The notes under the pieces are model-generated. The model saw only the letters and a program-made list of their open reading frames with translations. It had not been told where the DNA came from and ran no database searches. Shown here piece after piece: positions 54,970 through 63,945 of a DNA stretch of 64,000 nt. The DNA is from Candidatus Woesearchaeota archaeon. Its GTDB lineage: Archaea > Nanobdellota > Nanobdellia > Woesearchaeales > UBA10216. Position numbers and translations under genes: made by a program. The stretch's first letter is position 1. Each line of letters opens with the position of its first letter. The DNA is taken from NCBI GenBank assembly GCA_016192905.1, contig JACPTG010000004.1, forward strand, positions 173,734 to 237,733, given 5' to 3'.

Positions 54970-56946
54970 ATGTTCTCGGAAAGGAACAGGCTTAGGATGA
55001 GCAGCCTGAGGAGCGGCCTGGAAAAATACCTGGACGTGGGGGCCTCAGCTTTAAATGCGGCGCAGCACGGCCTTGAGAAAGCAGTAAACTCAGTCCTGGA
55101 ATACCATGCAGCCACATCAGCCCTCGCATTCCCGCCTGCGTGGTGGGCTTTTGACAGGCTGTTCAGTCTTGGAGTGCAGCTAATCAACTCCTACAGGGAA
55201 TACCAAACAGCACAGCCTGCGGCAAATCCAGACGCGGCAATACTGACATCAGGAGGCTTGGCTGCGCTTCTGGCAGCGCAATACCTGAACCACCAGCTGA
55301 GGATACAAAGGTCAATAAGACAGATAGGGCTCAAGAGAGACCTGGTAATTAGGGCGGCCCGCAGCCACATTTCTTCCAGAGGCAAAAGCACGCCAATCCA
55401 GATATGGGACAGCCTGTTTGAAAATGCGCACGCCACAGCCGCAATACCAGTCGGAATAGCATACTCAGCCTACGGATACAACCTGCCGGCACTGGCAATG
55501 ATATACGGGGCTAGTTTTCTCGCACTGCGGATTTCAGGGCCCTGGCTGGAGTCAGACTCCTTCCTGTGGCCAAGACTGAAAGGCGCGCTGATGGGAAGGC
55601 GGGATTACATCACCAGCCTTGAGCGGATGGCAGAGGAAACAAACAACACCAAGGCAAGGCAGGAATTGATGAACCACTACTTTTCCATGGGAGATGCAAT
55701 CGCTGCCTACGCCCACGCCAAAGCACTTAGGGAAAGAGGAATCAGCCACCCAAAGACATACCACATCCCGCTCCACCCATACCCATATCAGGAGGCCATC
55801 GCAGACCAAATGGAAAGAGTAGAGCAGGGAGCAGCAGGGCTCCAGGACTATGCAGTGCTGGCAGCGCTCCTGGCAGGCGTTGACAGGCATAAGGCTAGGG
55901 ATACACTTATGAGCATGGCAGAGAGGCATAAAACACCAGAAGCAAGGGCACTCGCATTCCTTTTCCTCCATGACCTTGGCTTCACTGATGAAAAGGACAT
56001 GCAGGTCGGCCTGGCCCTGGAGGAGATAGTCCAATCGCCGGAAAAATACAGGAGAAGACAGCTTGAGAAACCACATCCAGTGTATGTAATACAGCACCCG
56101 CTTCTGGAAAATGACGTGGCCATCAAGATACATCCAGATGCAAAGGCTGAAAGCGAACTCCTCAGAATCGCAAGAATCAGCCTTTGCAACCATCCAACAT
56201 TCTTCGGCCTGGAGGTATTTCATACAGGCCACTTACCCTTTAGCTATTACGCGATGGGCCTCCTTAAAGAAGGGAGCACACTATACAGGGAACTGATGTC
56301 AGGACAGGCTGGCCTTGCTGAGATAATGCTGGCAAGCGAGCTGACAAGCAGGCTTCACACTGCATTTGAGGGTGTCCAGGCAGTGGAGGTTGAGGCTCAA
56401 GGAAAGCTTGCATCCATACTCGCAAAGGAATACCTCAACATTCCACCACACACATTAAAGCTCCTTCATGAAGGAATTCCTTTCCTGGCCCAGCACATTT
56501 CAACCTCGCCATACAAATTCAACACAGACGGCCACCCGGAAAACAGGTGGATTGTGCGCACGCCTGACAGGACTAAAATGGCGCCTCTTGATTTTGGAAG
56601 GAGGGAAAGGGTGAACGCAGTAATGGAAGATGCAGCACTGACGAGGTATGACGACTACCTCGGCGACGCTGAAATCGAGGCATATGCCAGGGAAAAAGGC
56701 CTTGAGCCCATAGCCTTTCAATGTGCTGTCGCTGCAAAAATGCTTTCATACTGCTCTGCATGCATGGAGCCGCAGCGGGGCAAGGACACGGCCAGGGCTG
56801 ACGGGTTCCTAAGAAGGGCAATTCATGCAATTGAAATGCTCAAGAATGCAGCGCCAATAACATACGGCAGGCACTCCAAAGGGTTAGGGTCACTGGTCAG
56901 CGGCCTGTCAATAATGAGAGAACAGATTAAACTGACAGGGCAATAA
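54970..56946 (+). CDS. membrane-associated atypical protein-kinase-like protein
   Basis: 658 aa. N-terminal ~380 aa are helical with hydrophobic segments. The C-terminal half has VAIKIHPDAK (VAIK), FNTDGHPENRWIV (a catalytic-loop-like D…N), and LDFGRRE (DFG). Confidence 0.55.
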   Translation: MFSERNRLRMSSLRSGLEKYLDVGASALNAAQHGLEKAVNSVLEYHAATSALAFPPAWWAFDRLFSLGVQLINSYREYQTAQPAANPDAAILTSGGLAALLAAQYLNHQLRIQRSIRQIGLKRDLVIRAARSHISSRGKSTPIQIWDSLFENAHATAAIPVGIAYSAYGYNLPALAMIYGASFLALRISGPWLESDSFLWPRLKGALMGRRDYITSLERMAEETNNTKARQELMNHYFSMGDAIAAYAHAKALRERGISHPKTYHIPLHPYPYQEAIADQMERVEQGAAGLQDYAVLAALLAGVDRHKARDTLMSMAERHKTPEARALAFLFLHDLGFTDEKDMQVGLALEEIVQSPEKYRRRQLEKPHPVYVIQHPLLENDVAIKIHPDAKAESELLRIARISLCNHPTFFGLEVFHTGHLPFSYYAMGLLKEGSTLYRELMSGQAGLAEIMLASELTSRLHTAFEGVQAVEVEAQGKLASILAKEYLNIPPHTLKLLHEGIPFLAQHISTSPYKFNTDGHPENRWIVRTPDRTKMAPLDFGRRERVNAVMEDAALTRYDDYLGDAEIEAYAREKGLEPIAFQCAVAAKMLSYCSACMEPQRGKDTARADGFLRRAIHAIEMLKNAAPITYGRHSKGLGSLVSGLSIMREQIKLTGQ

Positions 56947-57862
56947 AGGCGGCTGAAAAGTTTGACACAAGGTCAAGCTGCTCCATCAGCAATGCAACCG
57001 AAGCAGACTCATGCCTCTGGCACTTCTGAAGAAAATGCTGCGCCCCCCTATAAATCTCTGATTTCCTGGCAGCAAGCTCCGGAACCACCTTAACCCTATC
57101 TGCCCCAGGCATATAAAGGGCTTCATAATAGGCCCTGAGAAGGGCATTTGACTCCTGAGCCAAGCTGATGAATTGCCCGCTTACCTGCCTTGATTCGGCC
57201 AGGCCAGACAACGACTTCGCGATGGCAGCAAGGCAATCACAAACCTTCTCCAGATTCCACGCCACAATATAGGCAAAGCAGGTCTTCCTATACTCGCTGT
57301 GGCCATACTTAACAAGAATGCGCTCGCAAAAGTTGACAAGCTGGTTGTTCGTCTGCTCAAGATGAAGCAAACCCTCCAGCTCAGCATACCTGCCTGCCTT
57401 TAAGTACTCTACAAGACTGTCGCCAAGGGACAAGGTTACCATGAATGCCCGGCGCAGCGCTGAATCAGCCTCTCCAGGCACCTCTGTAGAAACAGAACGG
57501 ATAATCAGCCTGCTCCCTGACTGCTCTGTAATGGCAGAGCCAATGAAAAGACTCCTGACTAAATCATGAACAAGCCTTACAGTTTCAGCATCCTCAAACA
57601 AGACCTCAATCTCATCAAAACCCCGCTTGTTCAGCGCACCAAGGCCCCAGCTCAGCATCCTGGGCTCAAGGCCACGCGCGTCAAATACAGCGCGCTCGGC
57701 AGAAGGATGGCTGGCAGCAGATATAATCAGGCGGCTGTCCTTGTCATCAACATCCACCTCGTCGCCCTTCTTAATGCCTACCCGCCTTGCCCACCGGCTG
57801 GGCAGGGAAACAACCAAGGTCTTTCCAGCCAGCTGAATAACCTTTCTTTTCATATACGCCAT
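56927..57862 (-). CDS. PhoU-domain protein with N-terminal AbrB-like domain (paralog of 41656..42594)
   Basis: KRKVIQLAGKTLVVSLPSRWARRVGIKKGDEVDV plus a PhoU-like helical domain. Confidence 0.72.
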   Translation of the reverse strand: MAYMKRKVIQLAGKTLVVSLPSRWARRVGIKKGDEVDVDDKDSRLIISAASHPSAERAVFDARGLEPRMLSWGLGALNKRGFDEIEVLFEDAETVRLVHDLVRSLFIGSAITEQSGSRLIIRSVSTEVPGEADSALRRAFMVTLSLGDSLVEYLKAGRYAELEGLLHLEQTNNQLVNFCERILVKYGHSEYRKTCFAYIVAWNLEKVCDCLAAIAKSLSGLAESRQVSGQFISLAQESNALLRAYYEALYMPGADRVKVVPELAARKSEIYRGAQHFLQKCQRHESASVALLMEQLDLVSNFSAAFIALSV

Positions 57863-57978
57863 TTAGGAAGGTTTAGGTATATAAATGTTTGCTAAATATA
57901 TAACTATAAGATAATATATAACTTTTAAGAATAAGATATATAATCTTTCGGAAGCTTTCCGAAAACTGAGGTGATAGC

Positions 57979-58443
57979 ATGAAAAACAAGGACATTCTGA
58001 TAATCGCCCAGTTACGGAGAAATGCCAGGCTGCAGCTCACTGACATAAGCTCCAGAACAGGAATCCCAATATCCACAGTATATGACAGGATAAAGGGCTA
58101 TGCAGGCAGGTCTGTCAAGAAATATGCAGCCATCCTGGACTTCCCAGAGCTTGGCTTCCCAATAACAGCCCACGCAACATTTGCAGTGGAAAAGACGCAA
58201 AAGGCAGAATTCGGAGGGCACCTGACCAGGCACCCAAACGTGAATTCAGTCTACAGAATAAACAATGGCCACGATTTCATGGCAGAGGTGATATACCCTG
58301 ACATAAGCGGACTGGAATCGTTCATGGACAGGCTGCACGAAAGATTCAAGATACGGGACAAAAAAGTGTACTACGTAGTGGATGAGCTGAAGAAGGAGGA
58401 ATTCCTGAACGACGCCAAAATGCTCCCTGAAATGCCTACTTAA
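57979..58443 (+). CDS. Lrp/AsnC family transcriptional regulator
   Basis: 154 aa. HTH (ILIIAQLRRNARLQLTDISSRTGIPISTVYDRIKG) plus a RAM domain. Confidence 0.85.
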   Translation: MKNKDILIIAQLRRNARLQLTDISSRTGIPISTVYDRIKGYAGRSVKKYAAILDFPELGFPITAHATFAVEKTQKAEFGGHLTRHPNVNSVYRINNGHDFMAEVIYPDISGLESFMDRLHERFKIRDKKVYYVVDELKKEEFLNDAKMLPEMPT

Positions 58444-60007
58444 TGGAATCGCGGACCTCATAAAGCGGATCATCAGAATCCCCTACGGAAGGCGTGGGCG
58501 ATTGCGCAGGAGGGGAGCCTGGATTTTTCCTCAGCTTGGCGACAACAACGCCCAGCAGAACCACAAAAAGAATAACGCCTGCAAGCACAAAAAATATCCT
58601 GTTAGTACGCCTAACTCCTGCACTAAAATCCACCCTGACAGGCTCAGAAGGCCGAGATTCAACAGGAGCTGAGGAGTTAACGGAAACGTTCTGCTGGGCA
58701 ACAGCCGAAGCAACGCTCACAGGCTCAACAGAAGAGTAAGCGAAACTCTGGCCGAACAGGCTCTTATACCTCACAAGAGAGGTTAAATTATAGCTCCCAT
58801 CAGCGGTATCAACAACATAAGAAAACTCCTTATGCGACAAGCCCTCAATCCTAAGAACGCTCTCATTAGCCTCAACAAGACCATGAAGCTCAAGCCTGAG
58901 GTCAACAAGCGGCTTATTGGCAGGATTTATGACAAAAACAGAAAGACGGCTGCCTGCAGGCAGGCTCTGCCTTCCAACCCGCACATAAAGAGGCTTCAGG
59001 CTGCCATTGACAAAAACAGAGGACTCGGCCTTCTGCTGGACTCCATCAACCGAAAATTCAGCCCGGGACGAGACAGGGATAAGGCCTGCCTTTTCGACAG
59101 CAAACCTGTTCTGGAAGACCCTCACCTCATTTTCAAGCATCTTCCCGTTAAAGGAAAAAAACCTGCCGTCAGCGGACAGAGAATTGTCAGTCTTAACCGG
59201 GACAAGACCGCTGCCAACATCCACCCTGAAGGCAATGCTCAGATTTTTTGAGGATTTCAATGTGAAATTAACAGGCACCTCATCTCCAACCTCAGGGCTC
59301 AGGTTACTTACGGAAAAACCGGCCCTGACAGGATAATCCGGAACTATGACTGAAGCTGAAGACTCCTCCCTCGCAAAGCCAATCCCATTCATGTACTCAA
59401 CACGGGCAACAGAGCCAAAGGAAACATTGGACTTCGGCCTTAAGATATAGGAGCACTTCACCGCCTCGCCGGCAGCAAGCTCACCCCGCCATGAAACATT
59501 GTTGCCAGCAATCTGGCAGTCAGAAGCCAGCGAAACGTCAAACTCAGCAGGATAGGCGTCCTGGAAGAAAACAGAGCTGGCAGATGCCTCCCCAACATTC
59601 TGCATAATAGAGGTCACTGTAAACTGCCTGCCAAGAAGCAGCTCCGAAGGCATAACACGGGTCAGGTTTACCTTGGCAATATAGGCCTCAATAGCCAGCT
59701 TTGCCTTGTAAACCCTTGTGTTGGTAACATTCCGGTCCCAGTGGCTGAACGTGAAGTTGTCAAAGCACACATTATAGCCGGCCTGCTGCACGCAGTCACC
59801 GGCCGAGACAACAAAGCTGCCGCCAGCAAGGCTGACAACAACCTTGTTCTCGCCAGAGAAATCCACAGAGAAGGTCTGGTTGTTACTGGTAACGTACAGC
59901 TTGTCCTCGTAGGCGAAGGCGTCAAACACCTTTTCCTTGTAAAGCTCGGCAAAAACCTGCATAGAGATAAGAGAAAGCACAATCACCGACAAAATAAGCA
60001 GTCGCAT
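58436..60007 (-). CDS. surface-anchored (glyco)protein: signal peptide, multiple N-glycosylation sequons, C-terminal TM anchor
   Basis: Start at MRLLILSVIVLSLISMQVFA. C-terminus …RIFFVLAGVILFVVLLGVVVAKLRK plus a Pro/Ser tail. TATA (tttttatagg) upstream. Confidence 0.6.
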   Translation of the reverse strand: MRLLILSVIVLSLISMQVFAELYKEKVFDAFAYEDKLYVTSNNQTFSVDFSGENKVVVSLAGGSFVVSAGDCVQQAGYNVCFDNFTFSHWDRNVTNTRVYKAKLAIEAYIAKVNLTRVMPSELLLGRQFTVTSIMQNVGEASASSVFFQDAYPAEFDVSLASDCQIAGNNVSWRGELAAGEAVKCSYILRPKSNVSFGSVARVEYMNGIGFAREESSASVIVPDYPVRAGFSVSNLSPEVGDEVPVNFTLKSSKNLSIAFRVDVGSGLVPVKTDNSLSADGRFFSFNGKMLENEVRVFQNRFAVEKAGLIPVSSRAEFSVDGVQQKAESSVFVNGSLKPLYVRVGRQSLPAGSRLSVFVINPANKPLVDLRLELHGLVEANESVLRIEGLSHKEFSYVVDTADGSYNLTSLVRYKSLFGQSFAYSSVEPVSVASAVAQQNVSVNSSAPVESRPSEPVRVDFSAGVRRTNRIFFVLAGVILFVVLLGVVVAKLRKNPGSPPAQSPTPSVGDSDDPLYEVRDSIK

Positions 60008-60126
60008 GGGCTTAAAATACAAACACAAGCCTATAAAAATTTGCCGGAAAGGTGCTACAGTTTATTATCGTGAATGCTCGCAGTATATAATGGATTCTGC
60101 AAGGCTAATATATGCAATATGACAAC

Positions 60127-61140
60127 TCACTTAACCACATTAACCTGCTTCTTCCTGGCATAACCGCTGACATTCTCAACAGTGGTATCAAGAATCCTCA
60201 GCAAAGCCTCCCTGCTGTTGAAGGCATTGTGGGGAGTGATAATCACGTTGCCCATCCGCTGAAGCATGTGATTCTGAAGGACAGTCCGCAGGTCACAGGT
60301 CTGAGCAAAGCCTGCCGAAAGGAGCTGCTTCTCCTCCTTAATCTCGCACTCCTCCTCAAGAACATCAAGCCCTGCAGCAGCAAGCTGGCCTGAAGACAAA
60401 CCGCCAATGAGGGCCTCAGTCTCAACCAGGCCGCCCCTTGCAGTGTTAATAAGAATAGAACCCTTTTTCATTGAATTGATGTTAGACTTGTTGATTAAGT
60501 GGTGGGTGGCCTTGTTGTAGGGGCAGTGTAAAGTTACTAAATCGCTGTTCTTCAGCAGCTTTGCCATGTCTGCATACCTAAACCCGAGGTTTTTGGCCAG
60601 CCCGGAGTCCCGGTTAAGGTCAAAAGCCAGCACATCCATCTCAAAGCCGCGGGCCATCCTTGCGACATGCTGGCCAATGCTGCCCATGCCGACAATGCCT
60701 ATTGTTTTACCCTTAAGGTCAAAGCCCCTCAGCCCTTCCAGGCTAAAGTCGCCCTTCCTCGTGCGGTCAACGCTCTCCACAATCTTTCTTGAGAGGGCAA
60801 GTATAAGCGCGAAGGTGTGCTCGGCAACAGTATTCTCGCCATAATTTGGAACATTGCAAACAACAATTTTCCTCTTCCGGCATTCCTCCAGGTCAATATG
60901 GTCAAAGCCAGTGGACATGGTCGCGATGAGCTTAAGCTTAGGCAGGGAATCAAGAACTGACTTGTCAACCTTGGAGTAAATGAAAACCGCAAGAACCTCA
61001 GCATCCCTGACCTTCCTCAATGAAGCGCCATCAATCTTGCCGCTGAAAAAAACAGGCGAGAAGCCCTTCAGATTTTTGGATATGTGCTCGCGCTCCCAGT
61101 CCTCAACCTCAAAGAAGGCTGCCTTCCGCATAACCAGCAA
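60127..61140 (-). CDS. D-isomer-specific 2-hydroxyacid dehydrogenase (D-lactate dehydrogenase-like)
   Basis: 337 aa. GIVGMGSIGQHVARM (NAD-binding). The catalytic R/E/H triad context is present (…TARGGLV…, …ITPHNAF…). Confidence 0.88.
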   Translation of the reverse strand: MLVMRKAAFFEVEDWEREHISKNLKGFSPVFFSGKIDGASLRKVRDAEVLAVFIYSKVDKSVLDSLPKLKLIATMSTGFDHIDLEECRKRKIVVCNVPNYGENTVAEHTFALILALSRKIVESVDRTRKGDFSLEGLRGFDLKGKTIGIVGMGSIGQHVARMARGFEMDVLAFDLNRDSGLAKNLGFRYADMAKLLKNSDLVTLHCPYNKATHHLINKSNINSMKKGSILINTARGGLVETEALIGGLSSGQLAAAGLDVLEEECEIKEEKQLLSAGFAQTCDLRTVLQNHMLQRMGNVIITPHNAFNSREALLRILDTTVENVSGYARKKQVNVVK

Positions 61141-61257
61141 TCCCTGATGGAACTATAAAAAACTTTGCCTGCGGTAATGCGGACATGGCCAAATTCAGAA
61201 TCCGCCCGGGGCCACTTTTTCACAAACTTTATATACTTGTTATAACACGTAATTACT

Positions 61258-61455
61258 ATGGGGCTTATTTTGACCCTTCATGCGAAAGAGCAGATGGTCG
61301 AAAGGGGAGTAAGCAGGCAGCAGGTCATTGATACGATAAAGAAAGGGTCAAAAGTTGTTCAGACTGACGGGTTTTTAGCCTCTTATAGCTACATAAAGGT
61401 AGCATACAAGATGAGAGGTGATAAATTCATTGTAAAAACGGTGATGCTAAGATGA
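61258..61455 (+). CDS. DUF4258-family putative toxin
   Basis: 65 aa. LTLHAKEQMVERGVSRQQVIDTIKKG matches the DUF4258 consensus (HAxEQMxERGIS). Confidence 0.55.
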   Translation: MGLILTLHAKEQMVERGVSRQQVIDTIKKGSKVVQTDGFLASYSYIKVAYKMRGDKFIVKTVMLR

Positions 61456-61787
61456 GCGAAAAATGCTATATTTGTGAAAAAGGCGAACTTCTAAAGAAGA
61501 AAGTAGATGTCAAGCCTTATGGTGTTTCAATCGGAAAGTTTGATGCCCAAGTTTGCACTGAATGCAACGAAACGTTCTTTAGCGAGCAAACATCAGATAA
61601 GATAGATGAAGTTGCAAAAATCAAAGGGCTGTGGGGACTTGAAGCCCGAACCAAGATAGGCCAGGTCGGAAATTCGATTGATGTTAAGATAAGCAAGAAA
61701 ATTGCTGAATTTGCAGGCCTCAAGAAAGGAGGAGAAGTCAGAGTTTATCCCGAAGGGAAAAACAGGATAATAATTGAGTCTGCTTGA
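61452..61787 (+). CDS. putative antitoxin: N-terminal Zn ribbon (YgiT/MqsA-like) + C-terminal AbrB/SpoVT-like domain
   Basis: CYICEKG…CTECNE and VKISKKIAEFAGLKKGGEVRVYPEGKNRIIIE. Overlaps the upstream ORF by 4 nt. Confidence 0.55.
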   Translation: MSEKCYICEKGELLKKKVDVKPYGVSIGKFDAQVCTECNETFFSEQTSDKIDEVAKIKGLWGLEARTKIGQVGNSIDVKISKKIAEFAGLKKGGEVRVYPEGKNRIIIESA

Positions 61788-61805
61788 AAAAGAAATCGCC
61801 CCGAC

Positions 61806-61846
61806 TTTTAACAAAAACATCCATAGTCCGCCCAAGGCTACTTTTT
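61806..61846. repeat. 40-nt intergenic repeat, copy A (TTTTAACAAAAACATCCATAGTCCGCCCAAGGCTACTTTT)
   Basis: Identical 40/40 to 63111..63150 and about 31/40 to 63903..63945. Each copy begins 6-15 nt after a stop codon. Confidence 0.6.
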
Positions 61847-62212
61847 GCTTTTTTTCCCATCCTCAGCCCAATGAATCATGGGATGAAGCGCTCGCATCAG
61901 TTTCTTTCCATTTTTGGTTAAAGAATATTCAACTCTTGGCGGCATTTCATTAAATGAATGCCTTTGGACTATTCTCTCAGCTTCTAATTCCCGCAAGCGT
62001 TCTGTCAAAATCTTGGCTGTTGCTTTTTCAAGCCTGTCCTTAAGCTCGTTAAACCTTAGTATTCCAAAGTTTCCAATGGTAATTATAATTGATATAGACC
62101 ATTTTTTGCTTAGGAAATCAGAAGCCTCTTCAAGAGGCCTGGGACAGTAGCCCTTTAAAGACTTCATTTTACAACACTTAGTATCAATTTGGATAGTTTT
62201 GTTAGTTTCCAT
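61838..62212 (-). CDS. HxlR-type winged-helix transcriptional regulator
   Basis: 124 aa. CPRPLEEASDFLSKKWSISIIITIGNFGILRFNELKDRL…ILTERLRELEAERIV matches the HxlR family. Confidence 0.72.
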   Translation of the reverse strand: METNKTIQIDTKCCKMKSLKGYCPRPLEEASDFLSKKWSISIIITIGNFGILRFNELKDRLEKATAKILTERLRELEAERIVQRHSFNEMPPRVEYSLTKNGKKLMRALHPMIHWAEDGKKSKK

Positions 62213-62292
62213 TTTTAAACTCCTAAATTTAAATAGTAGCTTACTTTATTTGTTATACTAAGTAGATTATTTAAACTTTGTGAGGTGGAACG

Positions 62293-62427
62293 TATGGAGA
62301 AGAGAAAACCCTGCTGCTCAGGAGGCATATGCCCTGCTTGTGAATGCTGCATATGCATTTGCACGAAGGAGTTAAAGAAAATACTCTCGCCGGAAGTGAG
62401 AAAATTGCTACTAAAGGAAATTGATTA
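62293..62427 (+). CDS. Cys-rich 44-aa peptide (8 Cys)
   Basis: MEKRKPCCSGGICPACECCICICTKELKKILSPEVRKLLLKEID*. SD GAGGTGG upstream. Divergent from hxlR. Confidence 0.4.
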
Positions 62428-62458
62428 AGGCAAATAAATTGATGATGAGTGGAAATCT

Positions 62459-62962
62459 ATGCTAAAAGTAATGTATACTGTCTTATCTAACAGGAAATAT
62501 TTAGCAATAGCTATATTTTCCACAATATCATTAATGATTTTATACATCATTTCATTATCTTCTGTGGTTTTAAAATCATTCGATATAATTACTGATACTG
62601 CGATGCTCAGTTCTATTTTCTCTGGCGGTTTGTTACAACTTATTTTAATTGGCGTACTTACAATATTATTTGGCATCTGGTTAGCGATGCAGCTTTATCT
62701 GCGATGGGAAAATAAGGAAATGAAGGCAACTCCAATTGCTGCAGCGAGCGGAAGCGTATTCAGTGGCTTCTTGGGAGGGTTGGGCGCACTTGGGGGATGT
62801 CCTGCTTGCCTCGTTATCATTACAGCGGTTATAGGCAGTACAGCAACCGCATTCCTACTTCAGTACAGGACACCAATTGTGCTGTTAGCAATAGCATTAA
62901 GTGTCCTGTCTATTTATATTACATCAAAATCCATAGAGAATAAATGCGGGTGGTGCAAATGA
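62459..62962 (+). CDS. membrane protein with intramembrane Cys pair (GGCPACL) and C-terminal CGWCK
   Basis: 167 aa, about 4 TM. Confidence 0.5.
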   Translation: MLKVMYTVLSNRKYLAIAIFSTISLMILYIISLSSVVLKSFDIITDTAMLSSIFSGGLLQLILIGVLTILFGIWLAMQLYLRWENKEMKATPIAAASGSVFSGFLGGLGALGGCPACLVIITAVIGSTATAFLLQYRTPIVLLAIALSVLSIYITSKSIENKCGWCK

Positions 62963-63093
62963 CAAAATCTTTTATCTGCCCCGAATGTAATTTTTCCTAT
63001 AGGGGAAAAAAGTGGGCAGAAAAATGCGAAAAGTGGTGCAAGGAGCACAATAGCTGTAATATTGAAATTACAAAACACGCTATTCAAACATGA
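62959..63093 (+). CDS. 44-aa Zn-ribbon-like mini-protein
   Basis: MTKSFICPECNFSYRGKKWAEKCEKWCKEHNSCNIEITKHAIQT*. Its ATGA overlaps the upstream gene. Confidence 0.4.
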   Translation: MTKSFICPECNFSYRGKKWAEKCEKWCKEHNSCNIEITKHAIQT

Positions 63094-63110
63094 TTTTAGT
63101 TAGCCCTTAT

Positions 63111-63150
63111 TTTTAACAAAAACATCCATAGTCCGCCCAAGGCTACTTTT
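63111..63150. repeat. 40-nt intergenic repeat, copy B
   Basis: Identical to copy A. Directly follows the Zn-ribbon mini-ORF stop. Confidence 0.6.
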
Positions 63151-63158
63151 CTATATCT

Positions 63159-63431
63159 TTATTGCTTGCTGATGAACTCCATTATTTCTTTTTTCATTTT
63201 TGGATTTAACGAGACGTGGAGTTCTCCAGTTGATTTTTTGGCAAGAAGCCAACTATCATTAATCAGCTCTTTTATGGCGTTGTCAATCAATTTTTGACCT
63301 TCCTTTGTTGATGTAAAATTGGAAGGGAAACCTTTTTTCAGATTTCTTACATCAGTATGCTTGCCTCCCCATCTAGGAGGAGTTATAAGTCCATCAAGAA
63401 TTATCCTTTTTACAACTTTAGCATCATGCAT
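63159..63431 (-). CDS. hypothetical small protein
   Basis: 90 aa. No diagnostic motif. Lies in the AT-rich island. Confidence 0.4.
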   Translation of the reverse strand: MHDAKVVKRIILDGLITPPRWGGKHTDVRNLKKGFPSNFTSTKEGQKLIDNAIKELINDSWLLAKKSTGELHVSLNPKMKKEIMEFISKQ

Positions 63432-63546
63432 GTTTCAAATCGCCATACACCCCTTAATAACGCTTTCTTCTATAATGATATGATATGATATTAAAACAAA
63501 AGATTTAAATATGCATGGATGTAGCTATAGCCATATATGAAAAGGG

Positions 63547-63891
63547 ATGAACAAAATGGAACAACCGATATTCATTAAAGCGCTTGGTGACACACCGAAG
63601 ATAAGGATTTTGAACTACTTAATAAAGTACCGTGGGTTGGACTACTCGATGTCGGATATTGCCAGGAACAGCAATGTTGGCTGGGCAACTCTTAGCAGGT
63701 TATGGAAAGAATTTGTAGGATTGAAGATAATGACTGCTACAAGAGAAGTAGGAAAGGCGAAACTGTTCAAGTTAAATGAGAAAAATGAAGCAGTCATGAA
63801 GCTTATAGAAGTATACAATAAACTGTTAGAACAAGAAACAGAAGACTATTTTGCCAAAAATACAACAACAGTTAAGTCTACTGTAGAATAA
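63547..63891 (+). CDS. winged-helix DNA-binding protein
   Basis: 114 aa. KIRILNYLIKYRGLDYSMSDIARNSNVGWATLSRLWKEFVGLKIM is HTH-like. Confidence 0.55.
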   Translation: MNKMEQPIFIKALGDTPKIRILNYLIKYRGLDYSMSDIARNSNVGWATLSRLWKEFVGLKIMTATREVGKAKLFKLNEKNEAVMKLIEVYNKLLEQETEDYFAKNTTTVKSTVE

Positions 63892-63902
63892 GAAAAGCCC
63901 CG

Positions 63903-63945
63903 CTTTTTAACAGAAACATTAAGTGTCCGCCCGGGGCTACTCTTT
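63903..63945. repeat. 40-nt intergenic repeat, diverged copy C
   Basis: CTTTTTAACAGAAACATTAAGTGTCCGCCCGGGGCTACTCTTT. The flank GCCCCG…CGGGGC can form a hairpin. Follows the stop of the wHTH gene. Confidence 0.5.

Noticed and set aside
61806-63945. Possibility that the three 40-nt repeats are a CRISPR array
   Set aside because: Spacing is about 1.3 kb and about 0.8 kb, with full protein-coding genes between copies, and there is no regular repeat-spacer periodicity.
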